DNA of 64,000 bases, from contig DAOQWA010000007.1 in NCBI GenBank assembly GCA_035341855.1, positions 18,646 to 82,645 on the forward strand. Direction: 5' to 3'. Below are positions 9,201-17,433 of this stretch, one piece after another. Both the position numbers and the translations under genes were made by a program. The stretch's first letter is position 1. Each line of letters starts with the position of its first letter. Origin of the DNA: Bacteroidia bacterium (lineage in GTDB: Bacteria > Bacteroidota > Bacteroidia > AKYH767-A > 2013-40CM-41-45). Below the pieces are notes generated by a model that saw only the letters and a program-made list of their open reading frames with translations, was not told the origin of the DNA and did not search any database.

Positions 9201-12200
9201 GGAAGGTGGCAGACAATTGAGTTGAACTAATCCTTGTTGTCGGTAATGAATCACCCCTTAATAGAATTACAGAGTTAGCTGTAAAATAATGTCCGTTCAC
9301 GGTCACATCAAAACTTTGTGAACCCGGAACAATAGTAGTGTCATCAGGCGATAAACTTGTAATCAAAGGTTTTCCTGCGGCAAATGACTGTAATGCTGCA
9401 TCAGCCTGGATGAATCCAAAACCGGTGCTGTCATCATAACCGATAGTCGGTCCCATTTCGATGGTGGTAGTCTTGAGGATATTTCGAATGTTTTCAGGAC
9501 TGAGTGCCTGATTATAGAATTTTTGTCTTCCTTCAATGAGCAATGCCGCAACGGCAGCAGCATGAGGAGCTGCAGCAGAAGTACCATAGAAGTTAGGGAA
9601 GCCATCACCATCGATATCCGGGCCACCAAGAGTAACAGTGGTGTTCACTCCATTTGGCGCTACGAAATCAGGTTTCATTCTATCGACGCCATTTATCAAC
9701 GTTCCTCCGGTAGACGAGAATGTAGCAATAGTCGGAGGTGATTGTCCGAAAGCAGGGGTGTATAGGTAGAGCGCTGCGCCGACTGTCATGGCTCCGGTTG
9801 CGTTCGCTTGTCCAACGATAGTTGATGATGCAGTATTGAATTCGTCAATTGTTGCCTCACCGCGGAATATGATGTATTTAAATTTCACATTCGGCGCACC
9901 GGCAACTTTTGTGATTAGAATATTGGCACTGGTTTCAGCTCTTACAGAGAATGATAATACTTCTACCGGATCTCCCCAAATATTATTTCTATTGAAACCG
10001 AAGAGAACGGTTCCATCATTATCCACAAGATAAAGATCAAGGTCTGTAAGCGCTCCGGGAAGCTGTCCGAGTGAGTACATAGAATCTTCCCACTGTAAAA
10101 CGATAGTATAGGAGCCGCGACCTAATGTCAAATGCTGGAAGATATCTCCTCCACCAAAATCATGTGGTGTTCCAAAAACTCCGGGAGGAGCAACAGCTGC
10201 CTGGAAAGTACTTTCATAAGACTTGTTGCCATAATTACCTGCGGCCGTGAAATATGAAACGCCACGATCCGCTACTTCATTAACTGCTCTGGCAACAACA
10301 CCATCCTGAAAGAACGGTTCAGTAATAAAAGTAATGTCATCAACAAGTACATCACAGCTATCATCAATACCAAGTTGTTTGATTCCTTTTGCAAGATCAC
10401 CTGCACTGATAAATCCGGTACGGAATGCAAGTTCAGCATCCGGTGCGACATCGTGAACAATTTGCAACATGGCTCTTCCTTCATCGGTACGGATACCGTA
10501 AGGATACTCTTTAAGAACATTTACCGGATTGGAATTATTAGGATTTTGGATCCCCGGCAAATCTCCATTTTGGACATTTGCTAATGCAGGGTTACCGGTA
10601 ATAGTATTGTAACTATCTGAAAGAACCCCGACTTTAACACCGGCACCGGTTACTCCAAATGCAGTTCGTGCCCTGTCAGCCCGCATGGCTATATCCCCAT
10701 TGCTATATGCAATTCCGGTTACACCGGTACCTATTACAGGCGGATAATATGGACGACAGAAATTACATAATGTAGTGAGTGAATCAACTTTGTATAGGTT
10801 TCTAATCGGAAACTTACCTGTGATGATTAAACTACTCAATCCATTATCAACTGTATCAGTCAGTCCATAGTCAGGTGTAATCAATAGATTATATAAACTA
10901 TCTGTCATACCATCCTGAGCAATGAATTCCATCAAGACACTATCAGCTCTGAATAATAATAGGTTTTGGTTTAGAGTATCTGCTACGATGGAATCAACAT
11001 TATTCGAAACTGATGTTAATTCTGATCCCAATATTGTTCCTGTTCTGCCACTATCAGTTGGCGTAACAGCAGGGACAATACATGTGATGATAGTAACATT
11101 AGCTGACGTTCCTGCGAAGCATCCGTTGTTGTCGGTCACTGTATAAAAATAAGAACCGGTAAGCAGGTTTGTTGTACTGGCTCCACCTATATTATATGGT
11201 GGTGTTCCTCCGTCTGGTGTCAATGCTACGCTACCTGTACTTCCGATACAAACATCCTGTGCCGTTGGATCAGCAGTGAGAGTAAGTTGGCTTGGCTGTG
11301 TAATTGTAACATCACAGCTGGTGCTACAGCCATTTGCATCCGATACTGTAGTTGTATAGGTTCCGGCAGCTATGTTATTGTAATTTCCGGTTCCTGAATA
11401 AGGTGCCGTTCCTCCTATAGCAATTACGACATAAGATCCGGTACTGTCACCGTAACAAAGAGTATTTGATGTTACTGCACAATTTGCCATAAGTTGAGTT
11501 GGTTCGGTGATGGTCGCTATACAGGTAGTCTGACAACCATTGGCATCAGTAACAGTGTAGTTGTAATCCCCGGCTGATAAACCTGTTAATGGGTCACCTG
11601 TGATCGTATATGGTGCCGTTCCTCCGACAGGAGTAACTGCAGCCACACCATTATTTCCTCCATTACATGATACCGCACTTTGTTCTGAACCAATTGCATA
11701 AAGGTAATCAGGCTCGGTTATGGTTGCAATACATGTTGCAATACAACCCAAAGCATCCTCAACTGTAAATGTCGGAGTTCCTGCGCTCAGATTTGTGAAA
11801 ACACCTTCTCCTGTATAAGGACCGGTGCCTCCGGAAGCTGTCACCGTTACCACAGCATCGTTTCCTCCGTTACAACTTACTGCTGAAGTGACAGAGCAAT
11901 TTGCAACTACTGTGCACTGAGGTGGTTCATTGATCGTTACAGAACATGCATAAGACGAAGAACCGCAGCCATTAGCATCATTTGCATAATAGTAATAAGT
12001 TCCTGCGGAAAGATTTGTATGAAGTCCTTCATCGCCGCTATATGGCGGTGTTCCACCGGAGGCAGTGACTAAAGCTACACCATCATTTCCGCCATATGTT
12101 GTGACGTCACTAACAGTTGAACAGACTGACAGTAACAGGTCAGGTTCAGAAACTGTTGTGGTACAATTGGCGAAACAGCCGGCATCATCTTGAACTGTGA

Positions 12201-15200
12201 AAATATATGTTCCGGCGCCATAGTTGCTGAATACGCCTTCTCCTATATAAGGAGCTAAGCCACCAGATGCTTGCACTTCGATTTGTGCGTCATTGTACCC
12301 ATTACAGCTTACGGTTGAGATCACCGTACAACTTGCTGTAAGATTACAAGGGCCATCGTTAATAGTGACTGCACATGAATTAGAAGAAGAGCCACAATTA
12401 TTTGCGTCATCAACATAGTAGTAGTAAGTCCCTGCAGATAAATTTGTGTGAATTCCATCATCACCACTATAAGGCGGGGTTCCACCTGTGGTTGTAACTA
12501 AAGCAGCTCCATCATTTCCACCTGCGATAGTTACATCATTGATTGTTGAACATACGAACTCTAACAAAGCAGGTTCGTTGACGGTTACCGGCAAGAGACC
12601 GCTGCCGCAACCATTAGCATCAGATCCTCCTATGAAGTACTGGCCTGGTGCCAGGCTATTGAATACACCGGAATTATTTTGTAAGTAAAGGCTATTAGGT
12701 CCATAAAGATAATACGAATAGCCTGTAGGGTAGGTGATAAGGTCTGTTTGAAGAGTACCGCCTGAAATACCATAAAATTCCAATTGTCCGTTGTTATAGC
12801 CGAAGCATGTAACATGAGTAGGGTCAACTGATCCGGTTACAACAAGAGTTGGTTGTGTAACAGTGACTGAGTCTGTATCCGTACAGCCTACTGAGTCTGT
12901 TATTGTAAATACGACCGTTGTGTCTGTTCCGATAAATCCGTTTATAGTCTGCAGTCCTATTCCGGAATAAGGTGCAGTTCCTCCGGCAGCAGTTACGTCG
13001 ACTTCAAACACATATCCATTGCAGTCAGGTGTACCAGCATTCAATGAAATTGTTGGAGAAGAGTTTGAGATGACCACATTAACGCTTGCAACCTCAAGGC
13101 ATCCAATGGCAGAAATTACTCTAATGTAATATGTTCCTGTAGTGTGTGCATGATTTGAATCCAAAGGGATAGTCATATCAGAATCTTCCCAATATGTAAA
13201 TGTTAAAGGCGATGTTGAATAAGTTCCGGCGGTGATGGATGGAGCACTAAGATCAATAGGTGATCCATTACATGAAGGAGGTGGGTCGTTCACGATCAAT
13301 GATACTGAATCGCTAAGGACAGTAGTAGAGATTGTGTCAGTACAGCCGTTGTTGTAGAAGATAATTGCTTCATAAGTACTTCCACTTGTAACAGATATTT
13401 GATTTGTAGTCTGAGATCCGGGACTCCATAAATATCCGGTGAAAAAATGATCACTCAAATAGGTTGAGTTTAACCAGGATGTTGAACCATATATTGTAGC
13501 AGGATAAAAGGTTGGAGAAGGAAAAGAAGGGCCGGGAGGATTGGATCCCGGACCGACAGGTCCTTGAGAATTTCCGTACCAGTCATATCCGAAGTCCTGA
13601 GTTTCTGTTCCATATCCGTCGTACATAGGGATATAACAGATCAGGGATGAAGGAACATAGTCTGAAAAATTAATATATAAGCCATCATTGATATCAGATT
13701 GACTCAATGCACCTTCCCACACTCTCACCTCATCAATAGAACCATTGAAGAACATTGTATTTGATACAGGAACCGACATAGCGATTCTGTATTCTGTTCC
13801 GGAGGTGTTGTATGTTCTGATGCCGGAACCTGCAGGCTGGCCATTAACGTATAACTGTACAGTTGTACCGTCATAGCTGGCTGCAACATGAGTCCATGTA
13901 TTCAGTGGAATTGGAATATTTCCAGTTACACCGTTTGAAGGCGAACCGAACATGAGATTAGAGCCCATCAAAAACAAGCCGCAGCTTTCGGACATATTAT
14001 CATTGATTTGACCATAGTTGAAGATAACTGAATTTTGATTTATTGTCGGGTTGATCCAGGCTTCAATTGTTCTGGAATCATCACCCGGAGGCAATAAATA
14101 ATTTTCACCTTCTGCATAATCAGTGCTGCCATTAAAATATAATGCATAGTCTTCAAAAGTCCTTATTTCAAGTGTGACAGGAGAAGAATTACAGACTGAA
14201 TTATAGTCCGGTCTTGTGATCTCCGCTACAGGATTGGTGTATACCTGGAGATTTAATGAGCTGGAACTACAGCCATTATCATCTGTCGCGCTAATCGAAT
14301 ATGGACTTTGATAGGTGGGATAAAGATTTGTGGTGTCACCCCAAATTTGATAAGGACCAGTCCCACCTGTAACTGCTACCGAAACACTTCCTGAACTTCC
14401 CTCACAAACAAATAATGGATTTGGTGTTATGGTAAGTGTCATTTCATCCGCTTCAAGGATGGTCACAGCTTGAGGTCCCTGAGAAGTTACGCATCCTGTT
14501 GCATCACTAACGTATATCATATAGGTTCCGGCATGCAGGTTGCCGAAAAAGCCATACTGATTGCTGTCATAATATTCATTGATACCGGTAATAGTAACAT
14601 CATAATTCACACCTGAGATAGGTACTCCGCCGCTTATACCGGAAACTGTTACACTTCCATCATATCCATCAAAGCATTCATTGTCTGTTTGGGAAATTGT
14701 GTAACTTAAATTCGGTGAGTCGTTTAGCACAAACGGGTAAGTAGCACTACCGGTGTAAGCAGGATCACTGCTGGTAACTCTCATCCGGTATGCCAATGAA
14801 GTTGAATTAACAGACGGAAGATTTATCTCAATAAATCCTGATGAAGATGAGCTGCCATAGGTTCCTACAACGACAGGTGAGTTGAAACTACCTGTGCTGT
14901 CGCTTAATTCTACATTTATGATGTTTCCGCTGTTAAAGGCTATGTCTGAATTGTATGGTAAAAACAAATAGCTGCCTTCACAGTAAGAAGAATCAACCTG
15001 TCCAAGGTTCAGAAAAGATCCCGGTGGAACTGCCTCCCCAACTTGGAAGTCGCTGAATGTCGTCAGATTGTTGACTTGTATCGAAGTGGCTGTTCGACTT
15101 ACAACATTCACTGGTTGCCAGCCATTTCCGGTATTATACTTTTCTACATTGAACAAAGAATGATCGGCTGCGGAATCAATTTCTGTAGCATCCCAATTCA

Positions 15201-16995
15201 AGGTCATGTATACATTGTTGTAGGTGCCTCCATTTTTATTGATCTTCCAATGCCTGTTTACGCTTTTGGTAGGATCAATTCCGGATCCTGAAATCCCCGG
15301 ATGATCAGAATTAATTGTGGAAACTGTGATTGATCCGGGACTTGTTACATCAGCAAAAGCAAAGACAACCGGACGATAGCCGGAATTGTCACCAACACGG
15401 AATTCCAAATATGGATATCCGACAGGGAAGTACATTTCCAGAATTCCATTGATATAATTTTGTGTACCTGAATTATTTTGAACAGTAGTACCGGGTCCTA
15501 TGATCAGCTTTGTAGAATCTGTAGTTAATATTCCACCGTAATTGAAATTTAAAAAGTTAGTGATGGTTTGGTCTCCATTCAACTGCAGTCCGGGGCCAAA
15601 ATGAAACATGAGCAGATTACTGATCGATCCTGTTCCATATATGATTTGAAGTGCATTGCCTGAGATGGCAAAATCTGAAAGGCTAATTGTTCCATTGTTG
15701 ATCAATGTTGCAGATGAATACCAAAGGGAAGCATTACCAACGATTTCAGCGCCTGATGATACGTCTAATGTTGCACCGCCAAACCAACTGAAAGCTCCGT
15801 CATTTCGGAGATCGGTAGATGGTCCGTTATTTATTGTAAGAGTGCCTCCACTTGCAGCAAGCGTCGCTCCCGGCTGGACAAAGGTCTGGTCAATGACTAC
15901 GTTTGAAGTTACCGTTATTACATGGGGACTGCGGATGATTATCTGGTTATCAGAAGCATTTGGTTCAGTAGCTGCTGCTATCCAATTAGTACCATTATAT
16001 CTTTCCCAGCTACCGGTTGAACTCCAATCTCCTGAAGAAACCGATCTGTAGAATCCGGCCACCGGGTCAATGATACCATCACAATCGTCATCGATCCCAT
16101 TAGAAGGAATTTCAGTTGCACCGGGATATACAGTTGGGATAAGATCATTGCAATCACCGCTCAGTGCTGCATATCCTGTAGGTTGGGTACATGCAATAGA
16201 ATCAGTTCCGGTCACGCCATATCCATCCTGATCCTGATCTAAATACCATGTTGCAGGAGTACCAACAGGGCCTGATGTCACCCAATTTGAAGTTGCACCG
16301 CTGAGCGCAAAATTTGTTAGTGTCATATCATAAGCATTTCCACTCGCATCTGTCAAAGTGGTAATTCCTGTGTTTGTGCCACCCGGAATACCTTGGTTGA
16401 AATGGTAATTTGCTATAAGACCATTACCCATAGTTAGAATCTCGCAATTTAAATTGGACTGAATCTCAGTACCGCTTAATGCTCTATTCCAAATCCTCAA
16501 CTCGTCAACACTTCCGCCAAAATGTTCACTATTGCCGGTCCACTGTGTTCCGATGTAAAAATTGGCTACAGTTGGAGGATTAGGGAAAGAATGAGTCGGG
16601 TTAGGTAATGGATATCCCGCAGTTGCCCGAAGAACACCATCCAGATAAAGATAGCCGTTTGTGTTTGTTCTTACGACCGTATAGTTATGCCAATTAAGAT
16701 CTGTTGGCCAGGGAACACCTGTTGGAGTCCAGGTGTCTCCAATTCGAATGGTGTCATTGTAATATTGTCCGATATAAAAATATCTCCCTTGCGATATTAT
16801 ATTTTTAAGTTGGCCCGGAACGAAACTATTCTGTTTTGCCCAGATAGAAACGGTATACTCGCCGGTTGTAGGAACTAACTCTGTTGGTCCGTTTACAACA
16901 TCATTAATTCCATCAAGATGCAGAGCCTGTCCATCAGCTTTTAATGAATAAAAAATGACTGCAACTAAAACGAAAAATCCCCTCAAGAATTTCAT
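6028..16995 (-). CDS. giant T9SS-secreted multidomain surface protein (LamG-like, PKD-like, SprB-type repeats, subtilase S8-like domain, type-A C-terminal sorting domain)
   Basis: The continuous ORF runs 6028..17091 (3687 aa), but the Sec signal peptide (MKFLRGFFVLVAVIFYSLKADGQ) begins at the in-frame ATG 16995. LamG-like segments are recognisable (DELRIWNRALSGTEIQ; DEVRVWEGALSQSDI). Repeated C..G..GG(T/A)(P/A)PY motifs indicate SprB-type repeats. PKD-like modules carry the recurring (A/G)TSY.WT motif. A subtilase serine motif GTSAAAPHAAAVAALL lies at about 9540-9590. The last ~80 aa (VYQINGSRTSILFDRF...GVYFLSV...KFFVIKKQ) match a T9SS type-A sorting domain. Confidence 0.85.
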   Translation of the reverse strand: MKFLRGFFVLVAVIFYSLKADGQALHLDGINDVVNGPTELVPTTGEYTVSIWAKQNSFVPGQLKNIISQGRYFYIGQYYNDTIRIGDTWTPTGVPWPTDLNWHNYTVVRTNTNGYLYLDGVLRATAGYPLPNPTHSFPNPPTVANFYIGTQWTGNSEHFGGSVDELRIWNRALSGTEIQSNLNCEILTMGNGLIANYHFNQGIPGGTNTGITTLTDASGNAYDMTLTNFALSGATSNWVTSGPVGTPATWYLDQDQDGYGVTGTDSIACTQPTGYAALSGDCNDLIPTVYPGATEIPSNGIDDDCDGIIDPVAGFYRSVSSGDWSSTGSWERYNGTNWIAAATEPNASDNQIIIRSPHVITVTSNVVIDQTFVQPGATLAASGGTLTINNGPSTDLRNDGAFSWFGGATLDVSSGAEIVGNASLWYSSATLINNGTISLSDFAISGNALQIIYGTGSISNLLMFHFGPGLQLNGDQTITNFLNFNYGGILTTDSTKLIIGPGTTVQNNSGTQNYINGILEMYFPVGYPYLEFRVGDNSGYRPVVFAFADVTSPGSITVSTINSDHPGISGSGIDPTKSVNRHWKINKNGGTYNNVYMTLNWDATEIDSAADHSLFNVEKYNTGNGWQPVNVVSRTATSIQVNNLTTFSDFQVGEAVPPGSFLNLGQVDSSYCEGSYLFLPYNSDIAFNSGNIINVELSDSTGSFNSPVVVGTYGSSSSSGFIEINLPSVNSTSLAYRMRVTSSDPAYTGSATYPFVLNDSPNLSYTISQTDNECFDGYDGSVTVSGISGGVPISGVNYDVTITGINEYYDSNQYGFFGNLHAGTYMIYVSDATGCVTSQGPQAVTILEADEMTLTITPNPLFVCEGSSGSVSVAVTGGTGPYQIWGDTTNLYPTYQSPYSISATDDNGCSSSSLNLQVYTNPVAEITRPDYNSVCNSSPVTLEIRTFEDYALYFNGSTDYAEGENYLLPPGDDSRTIEAWINPTINQNSVIFNYGQINDNMSESCGLFLMGSNLMFGSPSNGVTGNIPIPLNTWTHVAASYDGTTVQLYVNGQPAGSGIRTYNTSGTEYRIAMSVPVSNTMFFNGSIDEVRVWEGALSQSDINDGLYINFSDYVPSSLICYIPMYDGYGTETQDFGYDWYGNSQGPVGPGSNPPGPSFPSPTFYPATIYGSTSWLNSTYLSDHFFTGYLWSPGSQTTNQISVTSGSTYEAIIFYNNGCTDTISTTVLSDSVSLIVNDPPPSCNGSPIDLSAPSITAGTYSTSPLTFTYWEDSDMTIPLDSNHAHTTGTYYIRVISAIGCLEVASVNVVISNSSPTISLNAGTPDCNGYVFEVDVTAAGGTAPYSGIGLQTINGFIGTDTTVVFTITDSVGCTDTDSVTVTQPTLVVTGSVDPTHVTCFGYNNGQLEFYGISGGTLQTDLITYPTGYSYYLYGPNSLYLQNNSGVFNSLAPGQYFIGGSDANGCGSGLLPVTVNEPALLEFVCSTINDVTIAGGNDGAALVTTTGGTPPYSGDDGIHTNLSAGTYYYYVDDANNCGSSSNSCAVTINDGPCNLTASCTVISTVSCNGYNDAQIEVQASGGLAPYIGEGVFSNYGAGTYIFTVQDDAGCFANCTTTVSEPDLLLSVCSTVSDVTTYGGNDGVALVTASGGTPPYSGDEGLHTNLSAGTYYYYANDANGCGSSSYACSVTINEPPQCTVVANCSVTSAVSCNGGNDAVVTVTASGGTGPYTGEGVFTNLSAGTPTFTVEDALGCIATCIATITEPDYLYAIGSEQSAVSCNGGNNGVAAVTPVGGTAPYTITGDPLTGLSAGDYNYTVTDANGCQTTCIATITEPTQLMANCAVTSNTLCYGDSTGSYVVIAIGGTAPYSGTGNYNNIAAGTYTTTVSDANGCSTSCDVTITQPSQLTLTADPTAQDVCIGSTGSVALTPDGGTPPYNIGGASTTNLLTGSYFYTVTDNNGCFAGTSANVTIITCIVPAVTPTDSGRTGTILGSELTSVSNNVDSIVADTLNQNLLLFRADSVLMEFIAQDGMTDSLYNLLITPDYGLTDTVDNGLSSLIITGKFPIRNLYKVDSLTTLCNFCRPYYPPVIGTGVTGIAYSNGDIAMRADRARTAFGVTGAGVKVGVLSDSYNTITGNPALANVQNGDLPGIQNPNNSNPVNVLKEYPYGIRTDEGRAMLQIVHDVAPDAELAFRTGFISAGDLAKGIKQLGIDDSCDVLVDDITFITEPFFQDGVVARAVNEVADRGVSYFTAAGNYGNKSYESTFQAAVAPPGVFGTPHDFGGGDIFQHLTLGRGSYTIVLQWEDSMYSLGQLPGALTDLDLYLVDNDGTVLFGFNRNNIWGDPVEVLSFSVRAETSANILITKVAGAPNVKFKYIIFRGEATIDEFNTASSTIVGQANATGAMTVGAALYLYTPAFGQSPPTIATFSSTGGTLINGVDRMKPDFVAPNGVNTTVTLGGPDIDGDGFPNFYGTSAAAPHAAAVAALLIEGRQKFYNQALSPENIRNILKTTTIEMGPTIGYDDSTGFGFIQADAALQSFAAGKPLITSLSPDDTTIVPGSQSFDVTVNGHYFTANSVILLRGDSLPTTRISSTQLSATFPSFIGNPPVQVYTPPTVTNMNDGGYSDSAFFFPSTKQSIIVIANDTSKKYGEVLPAFTATVLVDSVPIQNTGLTLADVGLDTIFFTTPAHSLSNVDLYFIRPSMRVLDPADSIDVALLEAYTYSFVDGLISVEQLPLVIKPNDTTLVEGQQINGFSYSYTYDETNIDSSIRNSFLLDLQTEHLENIAEHATALVDARAIVNGRAIVNSDLQNLGFLVSARAIVNARAIVNARAIVNNITEYDTTNVVDVGVESIFNYQLNPDSSALVNARAIVNARAIVNARAIVNGRAIVNGRAIVNARAIVNGRAIVNSEDIDDPTHDDVVVIIDEEDVNAPPTDSLDTFYSINLITGTTVGTHTIVPAPLLSSNNFMITYDLGVLTMLAPEIEVTVTEETAIECFGGTGCVTVNVTGGTGPYIGTGIVCGVMAGMQTFTVTDDNGNIATGTFEMTEPAKVEGTSSTTTEICGLANATATINPTGGMAPYTFLWSNNQTTQTATGLSAGPYSVTITDTKGCTGVVTVTVSGAGIPPEPAGAISGPYGACRNSVVTYSIAPVSGATSYAWTIPPGTSGSSTSTSITLTFSNTFNGGFLSVTPENVCGSGQISSTNIIVLSLRPSNPGFINGPAIACGPGLHTYTLSPVQNATSYNWTVTGAGASILSGQGSNSIIVSVSAAFGQGRVMVNASNCMGTTSTRSMTITGTPVNGNAVVGPTYVCAGTNNVSYTMAPVIGTDTYTWAVVSGDVSVASQSGTSANFNFGPSFTTGVLSISTTNICGTFTREFTIRSIPGQPGGISGPYTGLCLQSGVTYSIAPVAGATGYNWTVPSGVNIVNNTGTSITVDYTAAFTGNGTVCVSATNSCGASISRCLPVSALLAAPSTMDGPGSVCKSQTSVLYSSSSVPGTISYHWYATNGVIPTPQGNGSSALVNFTTGTANSTILTVKAENLCGLSLPLNKSVSINTNCRLESTDLDAGRSFELYPNPTSQDAVLKFIGKNDGQVVVEVYQINGSRTSILFDRFVKANEEHRIDIESSTWTPGVYFLSVSKDDKTTVQKFFVIKKQ
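8275..8640 (-). repeat. intragenic 18-bp tandem repeat array encoding (A/G)RAIVN hexapeptides (about 13 copies in three blocks)
   Basis: Plus-strand units ATTCACAATTGCTCTKSC repeat, with wobble-position differences between copies. They are in frame with the giant ORF: ARAIVNGRAIVN...ARAIVNARAIVNARAIVN...ARAIVNARAIVNARAIVNGRAIVNGRAIVNARAIVNGRAIVN. The same DNA reads as (AF/PF)TIAL repeats in the spurious plus-strand ORF 8225..8431. Confidence 0.85.
9480..10660 (-). other. subtilase (peptidase S8)-like domain within the giant protein
   Basis: A candidate Asp segment lies at about 10600-10640 (KVGVLSDSY), though the motif fit is imperfect. A perfect Ser motif G-T-S-A-A-A-P-H-A-A-A-V-A lies at about 9550-9590. 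The position expected for the His motif reads EGRAMLQIVHDVAP, so the status of the catalytic His is uncertain. Confidence 0.6.
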
Positions 16996-17099
16996 GGCAT
17001 TGAGGGGGCATTCAATAGGATTTTCATTTCGAAGTCCGGATCGTTCTTGGTTTTTTACGACATAAGAATTCAAGGTAGATTTAGCGACCATAAGAGTTT

Positions 17100-17120
17100 G
17101 TGTGTTGTGTGTTGTGTGTT
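17100..17120. repeat. heptanucleotide microsatellite (GTGTGTT)x3
   Basis: gtgtgtt gtgtgtt gtgtgtt lies upstream (5') of the giant minus-strand gene. Confidence 0.7.
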
Positions 17121-17433
17121 GAAAAGTAAGGTTCGTGTGTATATGGGGTACTTCAGATTATTTTTGAAGACAAGGAATTTAAGATCAAATGAATTCCAGC
17201 ACCATTGGTGATCAGCAGAACGGTGTATAAATCAGAATTTTTAAATCTAATGAAAATAAACCAAAACGTGCCAATTGTTGACAAAAAATTAAATATAAAA
17301 ATGTCCTTTTTGGCGAATGAAACAAATTGATTGGTCAATTTCCTTCTGAAAAAAGCGATATTTATTTGGAATTGTTAGCTAAATTATCGTTCTGTACTGT
17401 ATAAACCATTAGCACTTATTCTTTGGCCATTCA

